From Phoronis australis (Eukaryota > Animalia > Phoronida), in assembly GCA_002633005.1 (NCBI GenBank), contig NMRA01000094.1:247170-311169 (forward strand): 64,000 bases of DNA, in the 5' to 3' direction. The notes below the pieces were generated by a model. It was not told the DNA's origin. It saw only the letters and a list, made by a program, of their open reading frames with translations, and made no database searches. A program made the translations under genes and the position numbers. Of this stretch, positions 14,823 through 28,237 are shown in pieces. Position 1 is the stretch's first letter, and the number at the start of each line of letters is the position of its first letter.

Positions 14823-17800
14823 CTATTTGAAAATATTTTGTTGCGATTATTATTATTTTGGCAGTGTAAACATCATTTTATCCATGTATTTGCAAGCTTC
14901 TTTACATTAAAAAGACCACTGCACATGTAGTGTATGCACATGTAGTGTATGCACGCGTAGTGTACGCACGCGTAGTGTACGCATGTGTAGTGTACACAAA
15001 ATGGGTTCCCGCCACGCCATACTGCCTTTGTTTGGATCAGCTGTTAGCCTGCCTGCGCAAGAGTCAATTGTTTAACATGTCATTTTCTAGTACATCGCCA
15101 TCGTCTCAACGTGGCAACTGTTGGCTGCCTTGTGACATTCTCGCTTCCATCTAGGAAGATAGAAATGTCCTTTAGATGGCAAGCACTGTTAAAAACAGCA
15201 TGGTCATATGATGAAAGGTCATATTAGCGCCGCCTTACAATAACCGCCAAACACTTAACTTTGCCGTTAACCATAACTAGCTTCAAAGCTTCGATAGTAG
15301 CGAAGTTAACTGTATGAGAAATGACCTTAGCTCATTTCAAGTGAATTGGCGATTACTCAGCATGTAACACAAGAATTGATACCTACTGTAACAAACAGGT
15401 TATCAGACAAACACTGTGGTGGTGGGTTGGCTATAAAACTAAAGCTCTGTAACTAAGTCTTATCCTTTAAAAAGTAAGAACAGCACAGGAAATTGTATAA
15501 CAACAAATAAAATTCAAAGATTTTAGTTACAATCCAGTGTCTTGAATATTTAGTGATTTGTTTCATAGGTGCAATTGACCTATGCTGTTGCAAGAATGTT
15601 CCATTAATCACAAGTTCCTAGTAGTATTATAACCCTTCAACAATCCCACTGTCATTCTTATTTGTCAAATAAATTCATTTTGCCTGGTAGAATCACTCAG
15701 AACACTGTGCAGAAAGGGAATAACTGTGGGCCACTTTTGGTAGATAAAGAAGCTTTTTTATGTAAATATCATCAACACTTTTGAAAACAAGCAGATACAC
15801 GTAATAACTAGAGTGGAACAAGAACAGTGCATGAAATTGTGCATGAAGATGCCATTCCATGATAATCATTCCATATCACTTAACTCAATACACATTGAGT
15901 TAGTCTGTAACATAAAATGAATATTGCTAGACATTAAATGTTCCAATAAAGTTTAGTCAATTCTAATATTCCATCATTAACATGAGGATACAAAATCTTG
16001 TGGGGAAGAATACAAAGAAATTGCACTTTATCACTGAATTAGGTCTTCTACAGACATCAGAATCAGATAAGCTTGATGGATTGGATTTTGTAATACAGAT
16101 ATTTACTTTAATTTCCAATAAATCTGTACCAGCAAGACTGCCATCACTGTACAAAGCAGATTGTCACTGTACTCATGGGCAAACAAAGAAGATTCCAACT
16201 GCTTGAATACACAACAGTAGGTTGTATGAAGCCTGAGCAGACTGCTGTTGAAATAATAGGCTGCCCATAAGCTGAGTTGGGTCTGCTATTTACACAGGCT
16301 GTTTATAAAGACTGAATACTTTATAAACCTTGATGAGTTAAAGCAGTAACACTGAGTGTTCACATCAGGGAGGTTGGCCTGGCTGGTAAGATGGATATGA
16401 GTGTTGCATTCACAGTGTGCAGACCTCTGTATTCACATTGTGTGCACATGTCTGTATTCACATAGTGTGCACACGTCTGTATTCACATAGTGTAGAGACG
16501 GCTGCTAAAGATTCATGAATTGTCATCTTCAGTTTGGGACACAATATGGCAGACAGGTTGTTGGTCAACAAATTCAAGCAACTTTTCAGGAAAATTTACT
16601 TTGCTTTAAAGCATGGTTTGTACGTATAACCTATTTCTAAACACATTTGGTAGAAATTTAAGACTTTACAATGACGTGGTAAGCCTCTGGAAAATCGAAA
16701 TACTGCAATTTTAGCTATAATCATTTTTGTCCCAAATTGAAGAATGTCTACCTTAAGTGCTGCCATCATATTTATGCTGGCATGCTTTGTGTATTTGGAG
16801 TACAGTAATGTACTGAATAACAAGTTATTTTGTCTTCATTATACAGACTGAAAAGTTATCCATCTCACACCCTGCAAAGTGAAGGTAAGTAACGCAACCA
16901 GTTCGAAACCCGCTGTTCAGTTAAACATGGAATTTATGCCAGATACCACTGTAAATTTGTACAGCCTAGACTGGAGCAAAAACTGTCAGTTCTTTGGAAG
17001 CATCAATGTAACTAATTAATATCAATTTCATAACAATAAGCGGTTAATCAGCATTCAATTTTTAAATGTGGAGAACAGTTCATAAACGCTTTAAGGCTAT
17101 CCTTATATGAAGCTTCATCTCTTATTGAAGAGTGGTGGCACCTATTATGACAAACACCAAAAATACCAGGGTAAAAAGACTTCCACACAGCTGGTAAAAC
17201 AAAACTGCAGTAGTCTCAGACAACCAGTTTATTGTTATAATCACAAGCTGTTAGATTGTTCATGAAGAATTACAACCACATTCTTGGTGCTGGACAGCAT
17301 TCAAGAAATTACTCAGTAGTCGCTGACTGAAATAGCTTGCTGGGTTACATTACATCAGTCCTTTCTCTTGACATCTTCATCAACAAGCTATCTGCCTGGG
17401 GCACCACTCACTGTCTGCCCTATCTGTAAATGACCTAGCTATGCTAACCAGATCTCTGAAGTGATGTCCACTATGTAAAAATATTTTTTAAACCTGTTAT
17501 AGTTGTTCTGGTTTTTGTTGATCTTCCTTCTTATACAGTGACATAATACTCTGGAGAGAGTGTGGTCACTTGAACCAAGAAGAAGAATGAGTCAATTGAA
17601 CCTGTTCACTTGTCATAAACAACTTCTTTATGAAAAAAGAATTGAGCAGAAGTTATGGATTTTAATATGGGAGACTGTGTATCCACTACGTGATGCCAAT
17701 AAATTAAGGTCCCTCGATTTCACACCTCAACAGATGGATTTTAAGCAGAAAGCCAGCTCAGTCATCAAAGATTAAATACTGTGTTATAAATACCTATTTT

Positions 17801-17914
17801 ACTATTAAATTTAAACTGCCAAAATTGAGGTTACTTGGTCAAACACAAAGAACTTCACGAACATTGACAGTTCCCTACAAAAGCATGGATTGACCAGCAA
17901 TAAGAGAAAAGTCT

Positions 17915-20185
17915 TAATAATGTTACACACATACTGGTGGTGTTAATGAATGATACACACATACTGGTGGCATTAATGAATGCCAGAATATAGATTGGCA
18001 CTGTTGTTAGTTGTATTGTTTTGTTTTGTTGGACTGGCACGACCCCTGAGTTCAGTAGAGTGATGATGTAATTTGTTTACTACAGTTATAGTGTGGAACT
18101 TTCTAGAAGACTCTAGCATGTCAGTGATTAATGCAGTCTGGAACATTCTAGTGACTAGTATATGTTTGAAGAATGATTGGGTAGATTCCGGAAAGCAGGG
18201 TTTCCCCTGCGTGTAAACTTCTGGGCGGCCCGCCATGCTCCTTTTTGGCCCCGCCACTCTTAAATCATACTCAAATTGACCGCCACACACCTAATCGTGA
18301 CGAGGAAACTTCACCGCCACGCAAAAATCGCTAGTAAAAATGATCGCTAGTAAAAATGATTGCTAGAGTAAAAATGATCGCTAGTAAAAATGATAGCTAG
18401 AGTAAAAATGATCGCTAGTAAAAATGATCGCTAGTAAAAATGATCGCTAGTAAAAATGATCGCTTGTAAATATGATCGCTAGTAAAAATGATCGCTAGTA
18501 AAATGATTGCTAGTAAAATGAATCGCAAGAAAAAATAATCGCTAGTAAAAATGATCAGTAGTAATAATGAATAAGTACAAGTCACACGGCACCTTTCGAT
18601 CGAAAGGGGAAAAATAATAATTTTACAATGGGATCTTGAATTGTGCCCCCGCTAAACACAATCATCCAATCCCCAATCCTCTTTCGTACTTCGTTTCTGC
18701 CTGGTTATCCGACAATGCATAATAACTTTATACAGCCAGGGACCAGGCAATGACCTCGATACGAATTTTCTAAAATGGGAAAGCGCAAGGGCTTGCTAAT
18801 GAAGTAAGAAACAGTAAGATTTCTGCTTCATTCATTTTATCATGTCTGAGTTTACAAAAGACATTGTGAATTATACTGCAGGGCATGACATCCAACTGTT
18901 TAATCAACCATAGCCCTGTGCCAAAATGACAATATTGAATGTTAACCAGTCTCAGATTCGTCTGCATGGACTGGATTATACATTGTCTGCTACACCGTCG
19001 CCAGCCAACACCAATCCACTATCACTGATTTATGTTTAGCAAGACGATATCAACGGAAGTTTCGTTACACGAATTAGTTTATTAAGTCTACAAAGTTCAT
19101 ATACTTTTGTTCTATGGTTGTCCCTTCATGGATAATTGAATTTTGACATGTTTTTTGTACTCAGTGTGACAGAGATCACACTATGCCAGACACTTCATTG
19201 CCAATTTGTATTGTGAAGTGTCCTTTACCCAGATACTTCCACTACATGATGCTTGGGTTAAGGTCTTGTCTATAATGAGCAAAATGCAACCAATTACATC
19301 TAATTTTCAAATTTTGCTTGGGAAGGTCTCTCAGCCCCCCCCCCCGCTGATGGGAGGATGTCACTTCATCCCATGCTCGCATGTGGCGCCGGGTTCCACA
19401 TCCGTGTCAAGCATTCACCACCACACTCCTTTCAAAACCCAAACAATAGGGGGATCTCACTTCTCATATTCGTGAGCGGCAACGGGCTTTGCACCCCGTT
19501 TTGGCCATTTACCACCACGCTCCTTTCAAAACCCAGTGGAAACACTGGGAAAGTTCTGGCATGTGCTTGAATTGGTGAAAAGTTCTAGAACATTGCATTA
19601 GGCTTTAAATGCACAAGCACCGGTTTGCATTAGTCAGTTAAGCAGTTAAAGAATTGCAGAGAAGAGAATCAGCAGTTACAGCAAGAGTCCATAGAGAGCC
19701 AGCTATAAAGACAGAAGGTTATTGAATCAGCAAGTGTAGCAGTTGCTGAATGTGTCTCTGAAGTTCATCACAAGTCAAGGCTTCGCAGCACTGGCTGGAG
19801 CATTAAACAAACATTACGTTGGACGTTTTGTTTAAGTAGGCTTGTGAACAGTCGAGATTAACAAAAGGATTACCTCGAACGAGTCTCCAGTCTATCGTCA
19901 CACCGAAAGCTATAAGCACTGGTCTGTAACAACCTGCGCCCACCCACACACAGGGAAAAATGTGGCAATGAATGGTACACACATACTGGTGGTGTTAATG
20001 AATGTTACACACATAATGGTGGTGTTAATGAATGATACACAACTACTAGTGGCATTAATGAATGATACACACATAATGGTGGTGTTAACGAATGTTACAC
20101 ACATAATGGTGGTGTTAATGAATGTTACACACATACTGGTGGTGTTAATGAATGATACACACATACTGGTGGCATTAATGAATGA
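17915..20185. repeat. 30-bp minisatellite split into two blocks (17915-17982, 19968-20185) by a ~2-kb insertion, possibly an old solo LTR
   Basis: aatg(a/t)tacacacata(c/a)tggtgg(t/c)(g/a)ttaatg units on both sides. The insert starts tgttgttag and ends gtaacaac and has TATAAA/ATTAAA-like signals; the LTR identity is tentative. Confidence 0.6.
18196..19547. mobile_element. hAT-like non-autonomous element with 6-bp TSD and an internal 16-bp tandem array
   Basis: ggaaag|cagggtttcc...ggaaacactg|ggaaag; internal (ctagtaaaaatgatcg)n at ~18325-18560. Confidence 0.75.
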
Positions 20186-21049
20186 TGAAATCCTATTACA
20201 GTTGCGCCCAGACAAAAGTTGATGTCTAAACGGGACTATTGACTTTGATACATCCACTACATTAGATCTGTCAATCCATGTTCCCAGCACACTACTATAA
20301 TTCATGACTAACATATCTGCTGGAGACTTGCTCACAAAATGTGCTGCACCTTCTAAACATTAAGTAAATTAGTTTCAAAACCTATCAATAATTCATTAGA
20401 GGCCACTACAAAATCCAACTCACACGATTATTAACCTGATTGCAAATACTTATTGGAAGCAAGAACTAAGAGAAAAAGTTCAAAGAGATTGTTCACTTCA
20501 TAGCATCATGGTTTGAAACAGTTTAAAGTGTTTAAAAGTACATTACTTTACTTAATTTTATTCATTTCAGTAATCTGATGATTATAACGAGAGAAGCTCC
20601 CTCCACCCATCCTTGAAGAATTAGATTGTTGAAGCCATGTGTTGCTTTCACTCTTATACACTATGTCTCTAAGACTCAAGGTTACATTTAGTCAGTTAGT
20701 TGAGTTCAAAATATGCACCACATTCAACCCCAGTGTTTCTAATGGTGAGCAACCGTCTTTATTTAAGCTGTCAGTCTTTGTTAGATAACCCTTCTGATGA
20801 GGCACAATCTCACAGCTGCCGGTCTTAGTAAATTAGAAATTGCTTTTACAGGAAATGCAAACATTTTAACATTCTCCAGATAATGAGAACAGCCGTGAAC
20901 ATCTTAAAATTACTACATTTCTTAGTAATTACTTCACTTCTGACCAAAGAAAACAGCCAAGGATTAACAAGTTTCTTAAATTAGTTAAAACAAATCCATC
21001 ATTTTTACTTGGCAAAATAAATTTCGCCAAGTATGTTGCTCTTCCACTA

Positions 21050-21098
<49 letters not shown>

Positions 21099-21587
21099 NN
21101 NNNNNNNNNNNNNNNNNNNNNNNNNNNNNNNNNNNNNNNNNNNNNNNNNNNNNNNNNNNNNNNNNNNNNNNNNNNNNNNNNNNNNNNNNNNNNNNNNNNN
21201 NNNNNNNNNNNNNNNNNNNNNNNNNNNNNNNNNNNNNNNNNNNNNNNNNNNNNNNNNNNNNNNNNNNNNNNNNNNNNNNNNNNNNNNNNNNNNNNNNNNN
21301 NNNNNNNNNNNNNNNNNNNNNNNNNNNNNNNNNNNNNNNNNNNNNNNNNNNNNNNNNNNNNNNNNNNNNNNNNNNNNNNNNNNNNNNNNNNNNNNNNNNN
21401 NNNNNNNNNNNNNNNNNNNNNNNNNNNNNNNNNNNNNNNNNNNNNNNNNNNNNNNNNNNNNNNNNNNNNNNNNNNNNNNNNNNNNNNNNNNNNNNNNNNN
21501 NNNNNNNNNNNNNNNNNNNNNNNNNNNNNNNNNNNNNNNNNNNNNNNNNNNNNNNNNNNNNNNNNNNNNNNNNNNNNNNNNNNNNNN
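21099..21587. other. Assembly gap next to a poly-T run
   Basis: Run of N preceded by a T homopolymer. Confidence 1.
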
Positions 21588-22294
21588 CCTATTTCTTATT
21601 GATTTATGACATCTAAGTTCGTCATATGAATGTTGTGATGTTGTTCATCATCGCCACCACCATCATCATATTCGTCATCATCTTCGTCATCTTCGTCATC
21701 ATCTCCGTCGTTGTCTTTTCCGTTAATTTCGCCAAGTGTCGCTCAAGACTGTAGCCTTTTTCTTACTGATTTCGGACTTCCATGTTCGTCATGTGTATGT
21801 TATCATTACTTCTTTTGTTCATCCTCTCCACTATCGTCGTCATATTCGTCATCATCTTTATCGTCATCTTTTTGGTTAATTTCGCCAAGTTTCGCTCCTC
21901 GGAGCGCTTTCATATTTTCTATTCATACTACAAGATTCATATGAGTGGCACACACGCTGGCATTTTAGCCAGACAGACGAGCTGTCCATAAAGGAGTAAT
22001 TTTCGCAACCAGTTATAATTTGTTTCCCCACCACACCACCCGAGCTCCTTTAAGCAAAAAATGATGTCAAACTTGATCACTGCCTACTATGAATTGATTG
22101 ATGATATTAAAAAGGCCTCCTACTCCTGTGCATGTGTGTTCTTTGAAGTAATGGTCTGGCCACAAAGTGTAAGAGAAAATGACAGTAGTTTTGAGATAAC
22201 TTGAACCTCCAACGAAGCACCAGCAAACAGTGACCCTTGTGATTGTTCACATTACTGGTGTTTTTGCTGCTAACAAAAGTACTAACAACAAAAC

Positions 22295-24010
22295 ACAAGA
22301 GCAACGCAAAGCGTTGAAATGCACCCACAAATGCAACGCAAACGGTATGCTTCTAGAGTTGTTGATTTTTATCACAAAAATGGCCACTAGATGGTGCAAA
22401 AATTCCAATCCATCTGAAAACGGAACATGCCATCGCTTCTTCGATAGAAAGCTTTTTATTACATCAAGAATTTCAGAGAAACAAAAGAAAACAGAAAAAA
22501 TGAAACTGCCATTAGGGGGCACAGCGCCCGCCTGAAAGTCGTCATCTGCTGTTAGCTTCCTATCAGTAAAATAATATTATTACTAAATTTAATAAAAGAT
22601 CCAGCAGTGGGTTCGGGAGATACAGCTAATCAAAACCACCACTAGGAGGAGCCACAGTAGTTGACGTCATCATCATCAACTGTCCCATTCATACTGAGAA
22701 CATATATGCCAATTTTCAAAATCATCCTTAGAATGGTTTGGTTGATAGACGAGCGGATGCCAAAAACAGACTCAAAAACAGTAAGAATGGCCATTAGGTG
22801 GCGCAAAATACCTGGAACGGATCTAACAATGGTAGAATAGTGTCACTTTTCCAACAGATGCCTATATTCCAAATTTTATAAAACTCTGTTGAGGACCTTT
22901 GAATATAAAGGGGTAAACGCAAAAAACTAAAATTGCCACTAGAGGGCACATTGGTAAAAAGATCTGTGCAAAAGTCATCGTCGTCGTCTGTTGTCAACAT
23001 CACACAAATGCACTTGCTAAATTTAGTAAAGATCCTGCAAACAATTTAGGAAATGCAGCCATGGGTGCAAAAAGAAACTGCCACTAGGAAGTGCCACAGT
23101 AGTCGAAGGCATCGGAAAATCATCGTCAGCCATCCTCTTCATGTTCACAATCATCCTTAAAGCGGTTTGGTTAATAAAGGGGTGGACTCCAAAAAGCATA
23201 CTCAAAAACAGTAAAAATGGCCACTAGGTGGTGCAAAATGCATTGAATCCAACCAAAAACAGGAGGATAGCGTCATCTCATTAACAGGTGCCTATATCCC
23301 AACCTTTACGGAAATACGTTGAGGACCTTTGAAGATACAGAGGTAAACATAAAAAATAAAATTGCCACTAGGGGGCGCACCAGTAGTCCGATCCCTGCGA
23401 AAGTCCTTGTTCGTTGTCAACATCATATAAATACAGTTGCTAAATTTAATAAAGATCCTGCAAAAGGTTTAGGAGATACAGCCATAGGCGCAAAAATAAA
23501 ACTGCCACTACGAGGCGCCACAGTACTCAAAGTCATCGGAAAATCATCGTCAGCCATCTCTTTTAAAATAGTAAGAACATATATGCCAATTTTCACAATT
23601 ATCCTTAGAGCAGTTCGGTTAACAGAGGGGTGGACGTCAAAAAACCAAACTCGAAAACAGTAAAAATGGCCACTAGGTGGCACAAATTACATCAAATTCA
23701 TTCGAAAACGAAGAGGATAATGTCATCTCACAAATAGATGCCTATATTCCAAATTTTGTGAAAATACTTTGCGGACATCCGAAGATACAGAGGTAAGCGT
23801 AAAAAACTAAAATTGCCACTAGGGGGCACACCGGTAGTTGGAGAGGTCCAAAATCTATCGGCATCCGTCATCGGTTTGATAGCAACACACCTGTCAAATC
23901 TCATCAAGATCCTGTGCGGACTTTAGGAGATATAGCTGCGGACAACGAACGCCCAGACACTGAGATGACGGCAGTATGTGACCACATATAAATATGTGGG
24001 CGCATAAAAA
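22295..24010 (+). mobile_element. Helentron/DINE-1-like non-autonomous element (HINE) with internal tandem array
   Basis: 5' acaagag, hairpin caacgc-aaa-gcgttg, then atgcacccac. 3' hairpin ccacatat-aa-atatgtgg, gtgggcgcat (inverse of the 5' sub-TIR) and an A-run. Internal ~145-bp subunits form a ~430-450-bp higher-order repeat. Homologous to 37412-38679. Confidence 0.7.
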
Positions 24011-25567
24011 TGCTAACATTTTAGTCAGCGTGTGAACTGGGTATTAGTTCTTTACCTGTAGAGACACTACTGTAAACATACCAGTTAATGGTTATGCTCA
24101 AGCCGTCACTCACTCTTCTTTCATTTTCAAAGCAGTGTCTTCAACAGTACATTAAAACCATAGTTGTTGGAACTTTCACATGCTGAGAATCGGTATACAG
24201 CCACCGACTCCCATTCCCTGCTACAACAAATTTAGTTTTCAAAAGAACCTGTCTTTTCTCGCAGTTCTAAGAACTAAACCTCGGCTTTGGTTATACCGTT
24301 CTGGCGAGGGCAAAGTGACAGGCAAGCATAGCTGGGTCACGTGATATTTTGTGGCTGATCCTCAAAGAGGAAAGTAGATTGGTGTTACAATGAAAATCAG
24401 CACAAAGTTGAAGTATTTATTCGTGTTGCATCATTCTGGGCATTCGATCGCAGACACTCAAAAGCCAGTGAGCCAGCTGTAGATCCCAAAAACAATTGAG
24501 AGAATGTTTTCAATTGTTTGAGTATACTCTGTTAGTAACACTTTAAACTGTGAACAAAGGAGGAAGTCTGCTATTAAAATTGATTACTTTTGAATCTTCA
24601 ACAACTTTGATGGCACACAGTCTATGTCAGTCCTGGCAAACATTTCTAAAGAGCACTGAATAGAATTGCGTGTATGCATGAATTTCAATTGTGAGATCTT
24701 ATAATTTTGGAGGTCTTACCGTCTGTTTGGCAATGAGGTTACGTATACATGTTTGGCTAAGCACCCACCCCAATTTTTTGAAATTTTAAATTCAAAAAAT
24801 ATATTTTGTGAAATTCTAGCACCCCTTCCCTTTATAAAAATATGAGTTTTAATTCAATACAAATCGTCTTACTTAATATGCTTATTTTTCAATATTATTT
24901 TATCTAAGTGTAAAATCATTGTCAGTATTACCAATCGACTATCCCGTAATATGTCTTAAATATATATGAAAACTCAAGTCACTTTACTAGGTGAAAAATG
25001 GAATCAAATTGTTTGAAGGCCAGGGATAGAAGAAGCACTCCATATACAGTGTTATCACCTCATGAATCTCAAACAGCATAAAGCCATCTATATAGGAAAC
25101 TTCAGATAGCGCCAACTACTACCCTTGGGACCAATCACAACACTGTGTTGACCAACTAATGCTACTTGTGTGCATTACACGACTGCTATGATCAATATCT
25201 GCCTTGTCTTCCACTAAGTCATCATATATCTAAGTTGGAGGTTGAGGCCAGGAATAATCATTCAGGAAACTGATAAGTGTTGACTGAAGGTCTTACAATA
25301 GCTGGTGGAGAATCAATAACAAGTACTTAGTTGTGAAGAATAAGGACAAGTCAAGGATGAGTGGCCCGGTTCTGTTGGTCAGTTGAGTGACTAGCCAGAC
25401 TTGCAGGTACAGTAATTAGTCATGAAAGAATGTAAGGAAATGGCTTAAGGAAACAGAGATACCAGTTGGCAAGTAACAACAAATATGAATACATATGGTG
25501 CTCTACTGTTGAGCAAAACTCATTAACTTGTTGTGAATTGCAGTGTTCAAGATTGACTAAGGATCTA

Positions 25568-25826
25568 GACTACTATCTATAGTCCACAGACTACTACCTA
25601 TAGTCCACAGACTACTACCTCTAGTCCACAGACTACTACCTCTAGTCCACAGACTACTACCTATAGTCCACAGACTACTACCTATAGTCCACAGACTACT
25701 ACCTATAGTCCACAGACTACTACCTATAGTCCACTGACTACTACCTATAGTCTACAGACTACTACCGATAGTCCACAGACTACTATCTATAGTCTACAGA
25801 CTACTATCTATAGTCTACAGACTACT
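25568..25826. repeat. Minisatellite, 21-bp unit x~12
   Basis: gactactacctatagtccaca repeated. Confidence 0.95.
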
Positions 25827-27124
25827 TGTGTAAGAACCAATGCTGCTCATGTACAATTCAGCCAATTTCAATGTACTAAAAAGCATCCAAACCATTGTTT
25901 TGAATGTCATCCAAGAAGATGGTCTCTGGATAACATTGCAACATTTAAATACCCGGTAACTAATAATCAAGACATATTACAAGAAAATAGTAATGCTGTA
26001 TAAAGCTAAATATATTTCTGCTTCCATTTTTCAACACTTAGTAGTACTTCATTATTCAAATGAGCTATACCAGGAGGGTATAGCTCATTGATTATTCATA
26101 TAATGGATGCTTGTTCTTCAATCATGAACACAACTTCACTTATCCTCAAGTATACTCTGGTATTATATTAATTAACACAAACACATATTCTTTCTCTGCT
26201 TATTCTATTGGCTGACAGTAGACAAAACATCACCCCTCTAGTGTGTCATAGACGAGATGGCTCTCACTACCAGATTACATGCAAAAGCTATGCATTTAAA
26301 ATGGCAATGGTACTAACTTATAATCTGTGAATTGGGAACTTTTTACCATATTTGTATAAAATCATAAAAACAACAATTGTTTAAAAACGTTTACTTTCTT
26401 CAGTACCTCTTCCTGATTTTATTAATAACTTTGATTTTTAAGCAAATGCAGACAGATTGTGCAATGGATTTTACCCTCCTGGGCTGGTATAGGTGTTTTA
26501 ATTATCATTGAATGCATGCTTCATATGTTGGTGATTGTTAGTTCTTTTCCAACAGGTGCTGTTCCAACTGTCTGCTCCATAACAATGAGTGACACGTCAA
26601 GTTAGAGTATACCTATATGTATTTCTAGCCTCCAGATGTCCAAGTCACGTATGACCAGAATGAACATATGCAAACACAACAGACCGAAGTCATGGTCATA
26701 AATTCCCTCATTCCCTTTCACAAAACTGCCTATTGTCCACAGACTGTTGTGCGAAGATCCTAAATGCATATTTTATATTGATGTGAACAATAACACCATA
26801 TCAAGTTTAATATACTTTCTGTAAGTTTAACAAGTAGGCAATTTGGTAAACCTGAGCACAAACATGCAATAAAATGTTTACATTCTTCAGAAACTCAAGC
26901 AGATTTCAAGAACATAAGGTTTCCAGTTCACCTTGGATTAACAGATACTTGTTTGTTTACAGCCAGCACCACCATGCAGTGATAAGATTCATCTGACTCA
27001 CCTTAAAGATGGCGTAACACTCCGACATATTTAAAATGCATTTTGTCTCTTTTACAGCCAGCGCCATAATGCAACGATGTAATTCAACTGACTCATCCTA
27101 AAGGTGGCGTAACAGTCAGACATC

Positions 27125-27811
27125 ATGTTTACGATGACCAGATTATTAGTTATGACTACAGTGGTGATGATGTTAGTGGCTGACACAGAATCCACCGGTG
27201 GCTACACTAATGTCTTCACATTTCAAGACAGCAACGATCTTCCATTAAATGTGTCCCTGGACCAGGGCAAAACAGATGTGGACTCTATCTATGTGGAGTG
27301 GTATGCTGTCCCTTACCACAACAACAGTCATGTGTTGAATTATCAGTTACATTATGATCCAGGTAACAGGCTGTTACAGACTGGCAACCTAGCTCCGGAT
27401 AAAAACAAGTTTTTCATCAATGGATTGCAGACATCTACGCGCTATAATGTCTGTTTGACAATTCGATACCGCGAGGGTGACCAGGATTACGAAAGTCAAC
27501 TATGTAAGGTGATGACGACTATACCAGTCATACGTCAGGAGAGCGTGTACGCACTGTGTTTCACTCTTACAAGTGTAGCCCTTCTAGTAATCACAGCCAG
27601 TCTTTATTGGAGGTATAGGAAATTTGTGATTGACAGGAAAAAAGCCAAACTGGTGGCAGCAGACAATGGTGGAGAGTCAGAAGACGATGACGCACTACCG
27701 AGAAATCATGTGAATTCTAAGTCATTGTCTCAAAGGCTCAATAGAAGATACTCAGGCTATGAACAAGCACAGGCTGCCTCGAGTATAGAGGATAGAGAAA
27801 CTTTCACATAA
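27125..27811 (+). CDS. Single-FN3-domain type I transmembrane protein (228 aa), single coding exon
   Basis: Hydrophobic N-terminal signal; FN3 motifs (SIYVEW, YQLHY, FFINGLQTSTRYNVC..C..TT); TM segment VYALCFTLTSVALLVITASLYW followed by basic RYRK; charged cytoplasmic tail; splice acceptor ttttacag just upstream (~27057). Confidence 0.88.
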   Translation: MFTMTRLLVMTTVVMMLVADTESTGGYTNVFTFQDSNDLPLNVSLDQGKTDVDSIYVEWYAVPYHNNSHVLNYQLHYDPGNRLLQTGNLAPDKNKFFINGLQTSTRYNVCLTIRYREGDQDYESQLCKVMTTIPVIRQESVYALCFTLTSVALLVITASLYWRYRKFVIDRKKAKLVAADNGGESEDDDALPRNHVNSKSLSQRLNRRYSGYEQAQAASSIEDRETFT

Positions 27812-28028
27812 AGAGTGTTTCTTAGTTAGCAAAGCAGCTTATGGTGTAAATTGTGTAACATGTATTCTGTGCCTAGTTTTGTTCATATAAGTATATAGCA
27901 TAAATCAACCTTTTTAGCTTTGAACATATTTGAGACAGAATTGTTAAAGAGATATTTAGCGTAGCTCGACTAGCAGCAGATGAAAAAGTGTACAATGAGT
28001 GGACTACTTTCCCTATTCCTCAGATCGG

Positions 28029-28237
28029 TACGCTACAGAGTTACAGTACAACCAATAGATGTGTATGCTACAGAGTTACAGTACAACCAATAGATGTGTA
28101 CGCTACAGAGTTAGAGTACAACCAATAGATGTGTACGCTACAGAGTTACAGTACAACCAATAGATGTGTACGCTACAGAGTTAGAGTACAACCAATAGAT
28201 GTGTACGCTACAGAGTTAGAGTACAACCAATAGATGT
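28029..28237. repeat. Minisatellite, 35-bp unit x6
   Basis: tacgctacagagtta(c/g)agtacaaccaatagatgtg repeated. Confidence 0.95.

Larger units (their letters stand above)
10589..15327. mobile_element. Harbinger-like non-autonomous element hosting nested insertions
   Basis: Termini agggcctttccca / tgagaaatgacct match at 10 of 13 positions; 3-bp TSD TAG at 10586-10588 and 15328-15330; it splits a minisatellite unit exactly. Confidence 0.6.
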
